Of a stretch of 64,000 bases of DNA, positions 1-9,872 are shown one piece after another (within the stretch, counting starts at the first letter, position 1; each line of letters starts with the position of its first letter). The stretch covers positions 9,986 to 73,985 of the forward strand of contig JAUIDR010000009.1 of assembly GCA_030428565.1 (NCBI GenBank). The letters are read 5' to 3'. The position numbers and the translations under genes are program-made. Source of the stretch: Alphaproteobacteria bacterium (lineage in GTDB: Bacteria > Pseudomonadota > Alphaproteobacteria > UBA7985 > JAUIBT01). The notes under the pieces were generated by a model. It was not told the DNA's origin. It ran no database searches and worked only from the letters and a program-made list of their open reading frames with translations.

Positions 1-473
1 AAAAAGACGGCAGCGTCACCGCCGGCAATGCCAGCGGCATCAATGACGGCGCGGGGGCTTTGGTGCTGGCCAGCGCTGACGCCGCAGCCGCTGCGGGCCT
101 GACGCCCCGTGCGCGCATCGTCGGCTACGGCCACGGTGGTGTGCGCCCGGAAGTCATGGGCCTGGGCCCCATTCCCGCTGTCGAGCGCCTGTTGCAACGC
201 ACCGGCCTAAAGGCCGCCGATTTCGACGTGATCGAATCCAACGAAGCCTTCGCCGCACAAGCCTGTGCGGTCAGTGCTGGGCTGGGCCTGGATCCTACCA
301 AGGTCAACCCCAACGGCGGCGCCATTGCCATGGGCCACCCGGTCGGCGCGACCGGCGCTATCATCGCCATCAAGTGCTTGTACGAATTGGAGCGCACAGG
401 CGGACGTTATGGCCTGGCCACCATGTGCATTGGCGGCGGCCAGGGCATTGCTGTCGCGATTGAGCGCCTATAG
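1..473 (+). CDS. acetyl-CoA C-acetyltransferase / thiolase, 3' partial (runs off the window start)
   Basis: The reading frame is open from position 1. The C-terminal sequence NEAFAAQ...GHPVGATGA...[15 protein letters not shown] matches the thiolase C-terminal catalytic region, including the Cys-containing CxGGG motif. Confidence 0.85.
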   Translation, partial: KDGSVTAGNASGINDGAGALVLASADAAAAAGLTPRARIVGYGHGGVRPEVMGLGPIPAVERLLQRTGLKAADFDVIESNEAFAAQACAVSAGLGLDPTKVNPNGGAIAMGHPVGATGAIIAIKCLYELERTGGRYGLATMCIGGGQGIAVAIERL

Positions 474-500
474 GCCCGCTTGTTGTCTGCAAGCCGTCGG

Positions 501-608
501 GCCTAGAGCGTCGGGGCGCTGATATAGCAACAGCCCATCCGATCTAGCTGACTGATGTCTAACGCAAGTCCATGCTCACTCGTATTGCCACTCCTTCGCG
601 GTTTGCGC
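501..608 (-). repeat. 105-110-bp intergenic hairpin repeat, copy A (inverted orientation)
   Basis: About 90% identical to the segments at 3892-3999, 21488-21594, 24609-24713 and 36534-36641 (reverse complement). It contains GCGCAAG...CTTGCGC and CTAGAGCG...CGCTCTAG inverted repeats. Confidence 0.8.
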
Positions 609-635
609 CAGCTTGGTTGCTCGCGCAGGCGGCCC

Positions 636-1313
636 CTATACCCCCGGTCGTGCGAGTTCGGAAGACAGTTCGGCCCAGTCCCACACGATGCGCGCGGCCC
701 CGGCGGCGCGCAGCTTGGCTGCTTGTTCGTCAGGGCGCGGATGCGCGCCCACAAAGCCCCAAGCCTCGACACCGGCGGCCACCGCCCCGGACAGTCCTGT
801 AACGCTGTCTTCCAGCACCAGCGCGCGTTCGGCGGGCACAGCAAAGTGGGCCAAGCAATGTAAGTGCAAATCGGGTGCGGGCTTGGGACGCGGCCGATCG
901 GTCCCGGAAAAACGGTGCTCTAGGGAAAAATGCGGCTCTAGCCCAGTCAGGGCCAGTGAGCTGTGGATGTGCTCAAGACTGCCGTTCGAGGCTACGCAGC
1001 GCTGCCGCCCGCGTTCGGCCAATTGCGATAAAACCGCCTCAACCCCAGGCACCGCGGCCAATTCGGCTTCCATAACCGCGCGCCACGTCGGTTTGAGCCG
1101 CCCAATATAGGCATCAACGAAGTCTTGGCCGCACTCCTCACGCAAGATGTTGAGCTGCACCGGCGTCGCCACGCCCATAAAGCGCTGCTCGACCTCCAAT
1201 TCGCTGATGCGATAGCCCAGATCGGTGAGGACTTGCGTGACCAGACGCACCGCTAGGCGCTCTGAATCGGTCAGAACGCCATCCATGTCGAAGATAATGA
1301 GGTCAGCGGGCAC
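636..1313 (-). CDS. HAD-superfamily hydrolase (phosphatase / beta-phosphoglucomutase-like)
   Basis: The N-terminal motif LIIFDMDGVLTDSE is HAD motif I. It is 225 aa. Confidence 0.8.
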   Translation of the reverse strand: MPADLIIFDMDGVLTDSERLAVRLVTQVLTDLGYRISELEVEQRFMGVATPVQLNILREECGQDFVDAYIGRLKPTWRAVMEAELAAVPGVEAVLSQLAERGRQRCVASNGSLEHIHSSLALTGLEPHFSLEHRFSGTDRPRPKPAPDLHLHCLAHFAVPAERALVLEDSVTGLSGAVAAGVEAWGFVGAHPRPDEQAAKLRAAGAARIVWDWAELSSELARPGV

Positions 1314-2019
1314 GCTGGCAAGCCTCGATCAAGTCAGCCAAGGCCTGGCGCTCGCGCGGCACCTCAGACCAAGCTTCAAAGCAGTGGCCAACACCCAGTT
1401 CCAGCAAGGCTGCGGCCTGAGCTGCCGGGCGAGGATGCACCCCAACATAGCCGAAGACCGGCACGCCCGCCGCGACACCGCCGCCAGCGCCGGTCAAGGA
1501 ATCCTCGAACACCAGCGCGCGCTCCCGGGCCACGCCATAGGACGCCAGACAAGCGCGGTGCAGGTCGGGCGCTGGCTTGGGCGCGGCAACCTCCATACCT
1601 GAGAAGCGGTCCTGCGGCGCAAAAAAACGCGCCAAGCCTGAGATGGCCAGGGCCGAATCAATCTCCTGACGCGCCGAATTTGAAGCGAGGCAGGTTTGCA
1701 ACCCCAGCCCTTGGATCGCGTCCAGAAAGTCCGCCACGCCCGGGGTCGGCGTCAGAGCCTCGTCAAACAGCGCTACCCAGCGCTCGGCAGACGCTCGGGC
1801 AAAATCCGACCCTAGATCGACCTGCAAATCGCGGGCCAAGTTGTCGGCGATATCCTCGAAAGTCTGACCACCATAACGCAGTTCCAGCTCTTTATGACCC
1901 ATCTGAATGCCGCGCTGGGCCAAGCAATCGCAGACCGCGATCGCGCTCAGGCGTTCGGAATCATGAAGAACGCCATCCATATCGAAAATTAGTAAGTCCA
2001 GCATAGTCATTCGCGGCAT
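1303..2019 (-). CDS. HAD-superfamily hydrolase, tandem paralog
   Basis: The motif LLIFDMDGVLHDSE matches HAD motif I. It overlaps the downstream HAD gene by 11 bp and shares the same architecture. Confidence 0.8.
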   Translation of the reverse strand: MPRMTMLDLLIFDMDGVLHDSERLSAIAVCDCLAQRGIQMGHKELELRYGGQTFEDIADNLARDLQVDLGSDFARASAERWVALFDEALTPTPGVADFLDAIQGLGLQTCLASNSARQEIDSALAISGLARFFAPQDRFSGMEVAAPKPAPDLHRACLASYGVARERALVFEDSLTGAGGGVAAGVPVFGYVGVHPRPAAQAAALLELGVGHCFEAWSEVPRERQALADLIEACQRAR

Positions 2020-2137
2020 CCAGGATGAAGAAAAGGTCTTGCCAAAGCGCCATTCTTTGGCAGGCCTCGCCCTTGTGACGACCTATCTTCGTACAGCGCC
2101 AAACGCCTGCAAGCCCGCTCCCGGGCCGCATCGCCTC

Positions 2138-3182
2138 TCACGCACGTTGGCGGCGATAGCCTGCCAGAATCTTGGGCACGATGGTCTCAATGGCCTGAGC
2201 CTGAATACCCAGTTCCGCCAGCCCCGGCAAGTCACCGCTCACGACATTATCCTTGCCCAAAAGCTTGAGTTGATCGGGCGTCAGCGGTGGATCGGGCAAG
2301 AGCTGCAACACGCGGGCCTGCAGACGCGCCACGGGCATAGGCAGGGGCATCAGAATTCGCCGAGAGCCCAAGGTGTCGAGCAACAACTCAAGCAACGCCT
2401 TGAAGCTGTAGGTCTTGGGGCCACCAAGCTCAAACAAACGGCCCTCGACAGCAGGATTGGGGCTGTTGGGGCGCTGTAATCCCGCCATGATGGCCGCCAC
2501 CAAGTCGTGAACCACCAGCGGTTGGAACCGGGTTTTGCCCCCCGCGACCAACGGCAAAAAGGGCGAAATCTGCGCCATGCGCGCAAAGCGATTGAAAAAG
2601 CCGTCCTCCATGCCGATCACCAAGCTGGGGCGCAATACGGTCGCCTGCGGGAAGGCGAGCTGTACCGCCGCTTCACCCTCGGCCTTGGTGCGCGCGTATT
2701 TGGCCATCGCGTTGGGATCCGCCCCAATGGCTGAGACATGGACAAGACGCTTGAGACCGGCGGATTTGGCGCCCATCGCAATCCGCGCCGCGCCCTGAGC
2801 GTGGACTGCAGTAAAGCCTTGCTGGCCGCGTTCAAAGAGCAGACCGACCAGATTGACCGCCGCCGTGGCGCCCTTCAGCGCCGCACGCACCGCCATATCA
2901 TCTTGAAGGGGCGCATAGGTCGGCTCAATTTGCCCCGGCTGACCGAGGCTCTTGAGCCAGGCCGCCCGCGCCGGACGCCGGCTGGCTACGCGCACCCGCC
3001 ACCCTTCGCGCGCCAGGGCTGCCACCAGATAGCGGCCGATGAAGCCGCTTCCTCCGAACACCACCGCCACAGGTGATTGGCTTTGATCCGGCGATGGCTT
3101 GGGCTCGGCGTGAGGCTCAGCGTGGGACTCGATGTCCTTTTGCGGCGGTTCGACTGAAGTGTTGCGGTGGTTCTGAGACATG
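2138..3182 (-). CDS. NAD(P)-binding SDR, complex I NDUFA9-like / NAD-dependent epimerase family
   Basis: Contains the Rossmann motif VVFGGSGFIGRYLV. The ORF-track start at 3436 is probably an upstream extension. The ATG at 3182 (MSQNHRN...) is the first Met before the conserved domain. Confidence 0.7.
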
Positions 3183-3521
3183 AGGCAGCCTCCGGCTGGA
3201 TTTAGTATTGCGGCTGGTACACAAATCTGCGCGTTTTGGTGGAACATTGACAAGCCCAAAGCGGTATTCGGGCGACCCAGCTTGATTGTCATCGGCAAAC
3301 AGCAGATGTCGTTCCCAACGGCTCCACGGCAAGGGCCAGGCCCCCGAACCACCGCAATTTTAGCTTCGGCGAACGATTTTATTGGCCCGTTGATCGCATA
3401 AATGCAGGGGCGGCGGCGCGCCGACCTGGGCGCCATCGAGGTGGAGACAGCCGCGCCGCAAATGCCAGGTCCATGCCCCGCCCAACTACGCGAAAAAATC
3501 TCTTAAATCCCGCAACTTCGT

Positions 3522-3556
3522 GTTGACAAGCCGCGCGGAAGCTCACATAAGGCGGG
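3522..3556 (+). promoter_or_regulatory. candidate sigma70-like promoter for tRNA-Leu (TTGACA -35, weak -10)
   Basis: TTGACA lies at 3522-3527. A 17-nt spacer is followed by CATAAG, about 20 nt upstream of the tRNA 5' end. Confidence 0.3.
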
Positions 3557-3573
3557 TCTCGTTTAGAGCGAGT

Positions 3574-3658
3574 GCCCTGGTGGCGGAATTGGTAGACGCG
3601 CACGTTTCAGGTACGTGTGACTTCGGTCGTGGAAGTTCGAGTCTTCTCCAGGGCACCA
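3574..3658 (+). tRNA. tRNA-Leu (anticodon CAG), class II with long variable arm, CCA encoded
   Basis: Manual fold: acceptor stem GCCCTGG/CCAGGGC, anticodon stem CACGT/ACGTG with loop TTCAGGT, a long variable arm, a TTCGAGT T-loop and a 3' ACCA. Confidence 0.88.
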
Positions 3659-3891
3659 AAGCGAGATTTCCCGCTTATTAGCGTTTGATGTTACGCCATA
3701 AAAATCATGGTGCGAGCGGGCGAATGATAGGTGCGGGCGAACCGCCTCGCTAGCCAACTTCCCAGTATATCCGAATCTCAGAGCAAGCAGCCCGCCGGGC
3801 GCATAAGAGCCGCTTAGCCGAGCCAAAGCTCGCCAACGCGCGTGCCCGCCTTGGGCGCGGCGCCAAGATGCGGCAAAAAAAGCCGGCGCTA

Positions 3892-3999
3892 GCGCAAGCC
3901 CCGAACGAGTGGCAACACGAGTGAGCATGGACTTGCGCTATAAATCAGTCATTTAGAGCGGATGGGCTGTCGATACACCAGCGCCCGACGCTCTAGAGG
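3892..3999 (+). repeat. 105-110-bp intergenic hairpin repeat, copy B
   Basis: Begins GCGCTAGCGCAAGCC and ends CGCTCTAGAGG. Its 3' end abuts and overlaps the stop codon of the Gfo/Idh/MocA gene on the minus strand. Confidence 0.8.
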
Positions 4000-4985
4000 C
4001 TGATCGCGCGGCCTTCACGGCGTGAGCGTTCACATGCCAATGCCACCTCCAGAGCCAGCTTACCGTCGTGCTGAGTTGAGGAAGGCTGACGGCCTTCACT
4101 AACCGCCTGATAAAACTCGTCGAGGGCAAAATAGAACGAAGCGTCATAGCGCTCTAAAAAGAAGTGCTTGAGCGGCTGCTTGGCCTGGGTTGCGGTGGCA
4201 TCCCAGCGGATCAAATTGTTGTCGCGATGATTGCTGGTCTGCAGCATGCCGTCGCGGCCAAAAGCTTCCAAGCGCTGATCAAAGCCATAGGCGCAGCTGC
4301 GGCTGTTGTTGATATGGGCCAGGCAACCAGACGGCATTTTCAACGTCGTCATAGTGGCATCGACATCACCGTTTTCACCGATCGCGGGATCGAACAAACA
4401 GCTGCCAGCGGCAAAGACCTCCACCGGTCGTTCGCCGGTAATCCAGCAAATCAAATCAATGTCGTGGATGCTGGCGTCGACAAAATAACCGCCTGAGCGT
4501 TTGACGTATTCAATCGGTGGCGGGGCGGGCTCGCGGCTCCAGCTCATCAGGAAGGTCAGCGCGCCGATCTCGTTATTGCGCACAGCGGCCTGCAGTTGTG
4601 CAACATCGGGGTCAAAGCGGCGGTTAAAGCCCAGCATAAAGGGCACGGGGTGTTCTTCGAGCGTGGTCAGGCAGGCCTGGGTGCGCTCCAGCGACTGGTC
4701 CAAGGGCTTTTCGCAATAGATGGGCTTGCCCGCTTTGGCGCAGGCCTGGATGTATTCCAGATGGGTCGTCGTCGGCGTGGCGATGACAACCGCATCGACG
4801 CGCGGATCGGCCAAGACCACCTCCAAATCGCTGGAGGCCTGGCCGCCGTATTGGCTGGCCGCGCGCTGTGCCGATTCCAGGTTGGGATTGAAGATCGTGA
4901 CCAGGTCCAGCATGGGGTGGGCGTTGATTTTGGGGCCGTAAACGTGGGCCATCCGCCCACTTCCAAGAAGCGCTATGCCGAGCAT
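3993..4985 (-). CDS. Gfo/Idh/MocA-family NAD(P)-dependent oxidoreductase
   Basis: The N-terminal Rossmann sequence MLGIALLGSGRMA and the EKP motif (CEKPL) are typical of the family. It is 330 aa. Confidence 0.8.
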   Translation of the reverse strand: MLGIALLGSGRMAHVYGPKINAHPMLDLVTIFNPNLESAQRAASQYGGQASSDLEVVLADPRVDAVVIATPTTTHLEYIQACAKAGKPIYCEKPLDQSLERTQACLTTLEEHPVPFMLGFNRRFDPDVAQLQAAVRNNEIGALTFLMSWSREPAPPPIEYVKRSGGYFVDASIHDIDLICWITGERPVEVFAAGSCLFDPAIGENGDVDATMTTLKMPSGCLAHINNSRSCAYGFDQRLEAFGRDGMLQTSNHRDNNLIRWDATATQAKQPLKHFFLERYDASFYFALDEFYQAVSEGRQPSSTQHDGKLALEVALACERSRREGRAISL

Positions 4986-5045
4986 GGGTCTGACCTTTCG
5001 ATAGGGTGTTCAAGATTCACAACTGCCACGGTGCCGCCCATCCGC

Positions 5046-6647
5046 CTAACCTTTGGCATCTTCCAAGACGATCGCCGCGCCCTTTTCACCGATCATAATG
5101 GCCGAGGCGTTGGTGTTGCCCGTTACGATCCGGGGCATGATGGAGGCATCGATGACCCGCAAGCCTTGCAAGCCGTGGACCCGCAGACGCTCATCAACAA
5201 CAGCTTCGCCGTCGCTGGCAGGGCCCATTTTACAGCTGCCAACCGGGTGCAGGAGCGAAAGGCCATTGCTGCGGCAGTAATTCAACAGCTCTTCGTCGCT
5301 TTGAACGCCATCGCCTGGCGAGATCTCGTAGTCCACGCAAGCGGCCATGGGCGCCGTCTGGGCGATCTTGCGACCAAACTTGAGTCCCGCCATCGCGGCC
5401 CGCTGGTCGCTTTCATCGGCCAAAAAGTTGAACTGAATCGCGGGCTGATCACTGGGGCGCGGGCCGGTGACGTGGACCGAGCCGCGCGAGTTGGGGCGCA
5501 TATGCTCGGCCAAGATGGTAAAGCCGGAGAAGGGATGGGGCTTCAGGTTTTCATCCGTACACCAAGCCATGAAGGTCACCATCATGTCGGGACGATCGAC
5601 CTCGGGCGAACTGCAAATGAAGGTGTTGGAATAATTGCCATTGTCCGCAAAGGGACCGGTGCGGAATAATAAGAAGCGCAGCAGTTGCAGCCCGCCGCGC
5701 AGCGGGTTGTTGTAGAGATCGTTGACCGTGGTCGGCTTGGTAGAGCGGTATTCTGCGCCGATGCCAAAGTGATCCTGAAGGTTTTCGCCAACACCAGGCA
5801 GATCGTGGAAGGGATTAACGCCGCGTTCTTTCAGCAGCTCGGGCTTGCCAATCCCCGAAATTTCCAGCAACTGCGGCGAATTAAAGGCCCCCGCACAGAC
5901 GATTACCTCGCGTCGCGCTTTGGCCATATGGGGCCCGCTGGCGTCGCTCCAGGCGATCCCGGTTGCGCGCTTATCGGTAAACAAGATCCGCTCGACCATG
6001 GCGCGCAGCTTGATATCAATATTGGCCTTGGCGGGACCGCGCAAATAACCCGCAGCGGTGCTCCAGCGCCAGCCCTTGCGCGTGGTGGTCTGGACATAGC
6101 CGGTGCCGAGCTGCCGAGCGCCGTTGAAATCGTCATTGCGGGGAACGCCCAGGGCTTCTGAGGCCTCATGAAAGGCTTCACCCAGCGCGTGGGTAGTGCG
6201 CAGGTCCGAGACCGATACGGGCCCCCCCGTGCCGTGAAACGCATCCGCGCCGCGTTCTTGATCCTCGCAGGACTTGAAGTAGGGCAGCACGTCATCCCAG
6301 CCCCACCCGCTGCAGCCCGCTTGTTTCCAGCCGTCGAAGTCTTCTGGCTGGCCGCGCATATAGATCATGCCGTTGATCGCGCCCGTACCGCCCAGAACCT
6401 TGCCCCGCGGTTGAAACAGGCGGCGCTGGTTCAGATGCGGCTCGGGCTGGCTGGTGTAGCACCAGTTGACCGCGGGGTTGTCGTAGAGCTTTGAATAACC
6501 CAGCGGAATATGAATCCAAGGGCTGCGATCCTTGCCACCCGCTTCAAGCAATAAAACAGTATGATTGGCTTCCGCGAGCCGACCCGCGACTGCACAGCCA
6601 GCAGACCCCGCGCCAACTACAATGAAATCGTACTCTTCTACTGCCAT
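5046..6647 (-). CDS. GMC-family FAD oxidoreductase (choline dehydrogenase-like)
   Basis: Contains YDFIVVGAGSAGCAVAGRLAE (GMC N-terminal FAD motif) and C-terminal GMC motifs. The start was chosen at MAVEEYDF (ATG 6647), not the upstream extension to 6755. Confidence 0.85.
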   Translation of the reverse strand: MAVEEYDFIVVGAGSAGCAVAGRLAEANHTVLLLEAGGKDRSPWIHIPLGYSKLYDNPAVNWCYTSQPEPHLNQRRLFQPRGKVLGGTGAINGMIYMRGQPEDFDGWKQAGCSGWGWDDVLPYFKSCEDQERGADAFHGTGGPVSVSDLRTTHALGEAFHEASEALGVPRNDDFNGARQLGTGYVQTTTRKGWRWSTAAGYLRGPAKANIDIKLRAMVERILFTDKRATGIAWSDASGPHMAKARREVIVCAGAFNSPQLLEISGIGKPELLKERGVNPFHDLPGVGENLQDHFGIGAEYRSTKPTTVNDLYNNPLRGGLQLLRFLLFRTGPFADNGNYSNTFICSSPEVDRPDMMVTFMAWCTDENLKPHPFSGFTILAEHMRPNSRGSVHVTGPRPSDQPAIQFNFLADESDQRAAMAGLKFGRKIAQTAPMAACVDYEISPGDGVQSDEELLNYCRSNGLSLLHPVGSCKMGPASDGEAVVDERLRVHGLQGLRVIDASIMPRIVTGNTNASAIMIGEKGAAIVLEDAKG

Positions 6648-6715
6648 AATGCTTATCCCGAGGTCTGTCTTTGGGGTGAAGTCTGACAGCCTGCACGGCC
6701 AGAAAAAGATTGGAA

Positions 6716-6726
6716 ATATCAGATAT
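6716..6726. promoter_or_regulatory. 11-bp palindrome ATATCAGATAT in the divergent promoter region
   Basis: A perfect palindrome sits in the 144-bp gap between the GMC gene (-) and the HTH-SBP regulator gene (+). Confidence 0.25.
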
Positions 6727-6791
6727 GGACAAATTGCCTTTACGCAGCTCGTCATAAGCTGTTCAAATCCGAGTAACCCCTAAGATTCGCG

Positions 6792-8504
6792 TTGTGGACC
6801 ATGACCCGAGAAGAGCTGTTAAGAATTCTGAATTTCGTAGACCAAATGCGATCTTTGTCTGAAGAACGCACCGATTTGGCCTCGGTCGATGCGCGTTGGA
6901 ACATCGTTAGCTACGCCATGCACCGCCATCTGGAAGGCAAGCGCTTGACGATCACATCCGTGGCCATGGCGGCGGGAGTGCCCTATGGCACCGCTATGCG
7001 TCGCGTCAATGAATTGATCGACGAAGGCTTTTTGCTACGCCGGCCAAGATCGAAGACCGGTAAGTCCTTTTCCTTGCACCCGACGCGCAAAATGATCAAA
7101 GAGGTCGAGTCTTTTGCCATGCAATTCAAAGCCATGGTGGGCAAGACTTTTGGATTTAACACCGGTGACAAAGAAATAGAGGACTTCTATTTCGGCGGTT
7201 ACTACATGGCCTCACGCATCTTGTCGTATCCAAACGCGATGCGCAACGGACCAGGTTATGACAAGACCATACGCCTGCTGGGACCGGTTGATCCGACCTT
7301 CAAGACCCTCAGCGACCACACCGCGACCTTGAGCGAGTTGTGCGGCACGAATATCACCGCCACCAATCTGCCGCTTCGCGAGTTGCATCAAGAAATCGTC
7401 GCCAACAGCAAGCGCGAAAAATCCGAATATGATCTGATGGCCATCGATCTGCCTTGGATTGGTCAGTTGGCGGAAGAAGGGATTATCCAGCCGCTGGACG
7501 ACATCATTCGCCGGGAACGCTATAGTTCCAGCGACTTTCACTCGGCGGCCTTCGTCGGCTCTTCTTATAAAAGCGTCCAATATGGATTGCCGATCCAGCC
7601 GACGGTCGAGCTGCTGTTTTGCCGCCGCGATTTGTTCACCCAAGCCGGTCTGAAAATCCCGCAAACGGTCGAGGAAGTCTCGCTAGCCGCCCGCATTTTG
7701 CATCGCTCTGACTTCGGCCTTTCCGGGATCGTAATGAACTATGGCCGGGGCATTCCGGTCGCGCACACCTTTGTTCAGACCCTGGCCGACTTTGGCCAAC
7801 CGGTTATCAACTTGGAAGCGCGGGGCGACGAATTTGCGATCGACGATATCGAGGGCGAGCAGTTTCGCCCGATGATTGATACCGAGGCGGGCCGACAGAC
7901 CGCCGAATTCCTGTTAGAGCTGCGCGATTACGCGCACCCTGAGAGCTTGCAATGCGATTGGGATCGACGCATCGGCATTTTTGCGCGCGGCGAAGCTGCC
8001 ATGACCTATGGCTGGTCGGTGCGCGCGGCGGCCTTTGAACTAGACCCGTCATCGCCCGCTCATGGCCAGGTCGAGTTTGTGCCACACCCCCACGGCCCGG
8101 GAGCGGCCACGGTCTCACCCATGGGCGGCTTTTCTTTGGCCATGCCCGCTGGATTGGCAGAAGAGCGTAGCCGCGCGGCCTGGAAGGTCATGGAGTATTT
8201 GACCCGCCCCGAGCTCATGAAGTGGTATGTCCAAAACGGAAATCTGACCAGCCCACGTTTTTCCACCAGCGCTGACCCAGAGGTATCGGCCGCCAGCTCG
8301 ATCATTGGCAGCGTTGATGCCATGCAAAGACGCGGCGAACTGCAAATCTGGCCGCGCCCGCCGATCCCCGAGATCAACGATATCTTGCAGGTTCTGGGCA
8401 ACGAAATTTACGCCTTGCTGTGCAACGACCTCAGCGTCACTCATGCCCTCGCCGCAGCACAAAACAAGGTCGATGCCATTATGCACGAGCGTGGCCACTA
8501 CTGA
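6792..8504 (+). CDS. cytoplasmic one-component regulator: N-terminal winged-HTH fused to an ABC-type solute-binding-protein (SBP family 1 / PBP type 2) domain
   Basis: There is no signal peptide. The N-terminal roughly 110 aa are helical wHTH-like (TITSVAMAAGVPYGTAMRRVNELIDEGFL). The remainder has a DLMAIDLPWIGQLAEEG-type SBP_bac_1 signature. It is 570 aa. Confidence 0.6.
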   Translation: MWTMTREELLRILNFVDQMRSLSEERTDLASVDARWNIVSYAMHRHLEGKRLTITSVAMAAGVPYGTAMRRVNELIDEGFLLRRPRSKTGKSFSLHPTRKMIKEVESFAMQFKAMVGKTFGFNTGDKEIEDFYFGGYYMASRILSYPNAMRNGPGYDKTIRLLGPVDPTFKTLSDHTATLSELCGTNITATNLPLRELHQEIVANSKREKSEYDLMAIDLPWIGQLAEEGIIQPLDDIIRRERYSSSDFHSAAFVGSSYKSVQYGLPIQPTVELLFCRRDLFTQAGLKIPQTVEEVSLAARILHRSDFGLSGIVMNYGRGIPVAHTFVQTLADFGQPVINLEARGDEFAIDDIEGEQFRPMIDTEAGRQTAEFLLELRDYAHPESLQCDWDRRIGIFARGEAAMTYGWSVRAAAFELDPSSPAHGQVEFVPHPHGPGAATVSPMGGFSLAMPAGLAEERSRAAWKVMEYLTRPELMKWYVQNGNLTSPRFSTSADPEVSAASSIIGSVDAMQRRGELQIWPRPPIPEINDILQVLGNEIYALLCNDLSVTHALAAAQNKVDAIMHERGHY

Positions 8505-8639
8505 TTTCGCGCCATCCAAACCGTAGGGGCGGCGATCGTCTCACTGATGTTTGGGGCTGACGACAGCTCGCCCTGCTCAGGCTCCCGTTTGCCGTTTTAG
8601 CGCTATCCTTTACGGCCGCTCACTAATATGGACGCAAAC

Positions 8640-8672
8640 AAAAAAGGCCGCAGCAAACGCTACGGCCTCTTA
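8640..8672. terminator. bidirectional intrinsic terminator-like hairpin
   Basis: The sequence is AAAAAAGGCCG-cagcaaacgcta-CGGCC-TCTT. It lies between the convergent genes ending at 8504 (+) and 8690 (-). Confidence 0.4.
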
Positions 8673-8689
8673 GCTGTCCTATGGGGAGA

Positions 8690-9682
8690 TTACCAGGAAG
8701 GACGCTCAAACGCGTCAACGTTTTCCGGCAGGACTTTGGGGGTCTCGATGCCTTGCAGCGCTGGGACGTCGATACCGTTCGCGATTTTGACCGCGGTCTG
8801 AATAGCCAGGATTGCATCGTCAATCGGTGACTGCTTATTTGAGCCAGAGTGCCAACCGGCCTTCATCGCATCCCAGCCTTCGCCGAATTGGTTACAAGTC
8901 ACGACCTTCACTTCGCCCGGTGCTTTACCAGCGCCTTGCAGGGCACTGATGACGCCCAGCCCCATGCCATCGTCGAAAGCGTAAACGCCGTCGATCTGAT
9001 CGCCAAACTGAGTCAGGAAAGTCTCCATGACGGTCTGCGCTTTTTCGCGGTTCCATTCTGCGGTCTGGCTAGCCAGGATCTCGATGCCCGGATAATCATC
9101 CGCCATCTTATCCAAGAAGCAGTTCTTGCGCAGGATCGAGACGGTGTAACCAGGTGTCCCCTCAACAACAACGATCTTGCCGCTGCCACCAAGGGCGTCG
9201 GCCAACATTTCAGCTGACTGTTCGGCCTGTGCGCAGTCATCGGGTCCGGTATGGCCGACGATATAGCGGCGACCCGCTTCGCCGATCGGTGAATTAGAGG
9301 TTACAACCGGAATACCCGAACGCGCCGCGCCACGAATAGCCGGAATCAAAGCGTTTTGGGACGTGGGCCAAACCACCAGGGCATCCGGGTTTTGTGATGC
9401 CATGTCTTGGATTTGGTCAAACTGGACCGCAGGATCGCCCTGAGGATCCATAACGGTGGCTTGAATGCCCAGCTGCTTGCTGTACTCAACCGCCGTCTCG
9501 GCGTACTTGGCTTGATAGGCGTTCGATCCAGGATAAAGAACCGTAATGCCGATGCGGGTCTCAGCGAGCGGCTTCTTCAGCTCTCCGCCGAGCCAATCGG
9601 GGGCGTCGCCCGCCATGGCTGTGCCCGCCAAAGCGGCTGCGACCGCCAATGAGGCACCAACCTTAGTAATGATGGAATTCAT
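8690..9682 (-). CDS. sugar ABC transporter periplasmic substrate-binding protein (RbsB-like, PBP type 1)
   Basis: It has the signal peptide MNSIITKVGASLAVAAALAGTAMA and periplasmic-binding-protein sugar-type sequence. It is 330 aa. Confidence 0.8.
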   Translation of the reverse strand: MNSIITKVGASLAVAAALAGTAMAGDAPDWLGGELKKPLAETRIGITVLYPGSNAYQAKYAETAVEYSKQLGIQATVMDPQGDPAVQFDQIQDMASQNPDALVVWPTSQNALIPAIRGAARSGIPVVTSNSPIGEAGRRYIVGHTGPDDCAQAEQSAEMLADALGGSGKIVVVEGTPGYTVSILRKNCFLDKMADDYPGIEILASQTAEWNREKAQTVMETFLTQFGDQIDGVYAFDDGMGLGVISALQGAGKAPGEVKVVTCNQFGEGWDAMKAGWHSGSNKQSPIDDAILAIQTAVKIANGIDVPALQGIETPKVLPENVDAFERPSW

Positions 9683-9872
9683 TATGTTTCCTCCTTAGGG
9701 TGCCGCCAGAACTCTGTGCTTCGAAAACCCTTCGGCGGCAGTTTGGGTTCGCACTCGCTACATTCCGGCAATCATTCACGGAGCTCAATCAGCAATTTAT
9801 CCAAAATTGATTTATTGTGCCTATCGGTCTACCGAGCACCAGCTTATTGCTGAGTTAGGGAGAACTTGCCGT

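Noticed and set aside
572-802. Small ORFs beginning MLTR(I/V)ATRSRFA in each copy of the 105-110-bp repeat
   Set aside because: Their only shared feature is the repeat DNA itself. The downstream sequence differs in every copy, and the frames run into unrelated antisense sequence.
3659-3891. Possible integrated element or genomic island at the tRNA-Leu 3' side
   Set aside because: No integrase, no direct repeat of the tRNA 3' end, and no compositional shift. Only a copy of the 105-110-bp repeat follows.
4596-5669. 357-aa plus-strand ORF antisense to the Gfo/Idh/MocA and GMC genes (similar artefacts at 20076-20708, 22456-23013, 26399-27106, 28024-28899, 29427-30302, 33791-34909, 55771-56955)
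   Set aside because: These are low-complexity Ala/Arg/Gly-rich translations typical of GC-rich antisense frames. Each fully overlaps a confidently assigned gene on the other strand.
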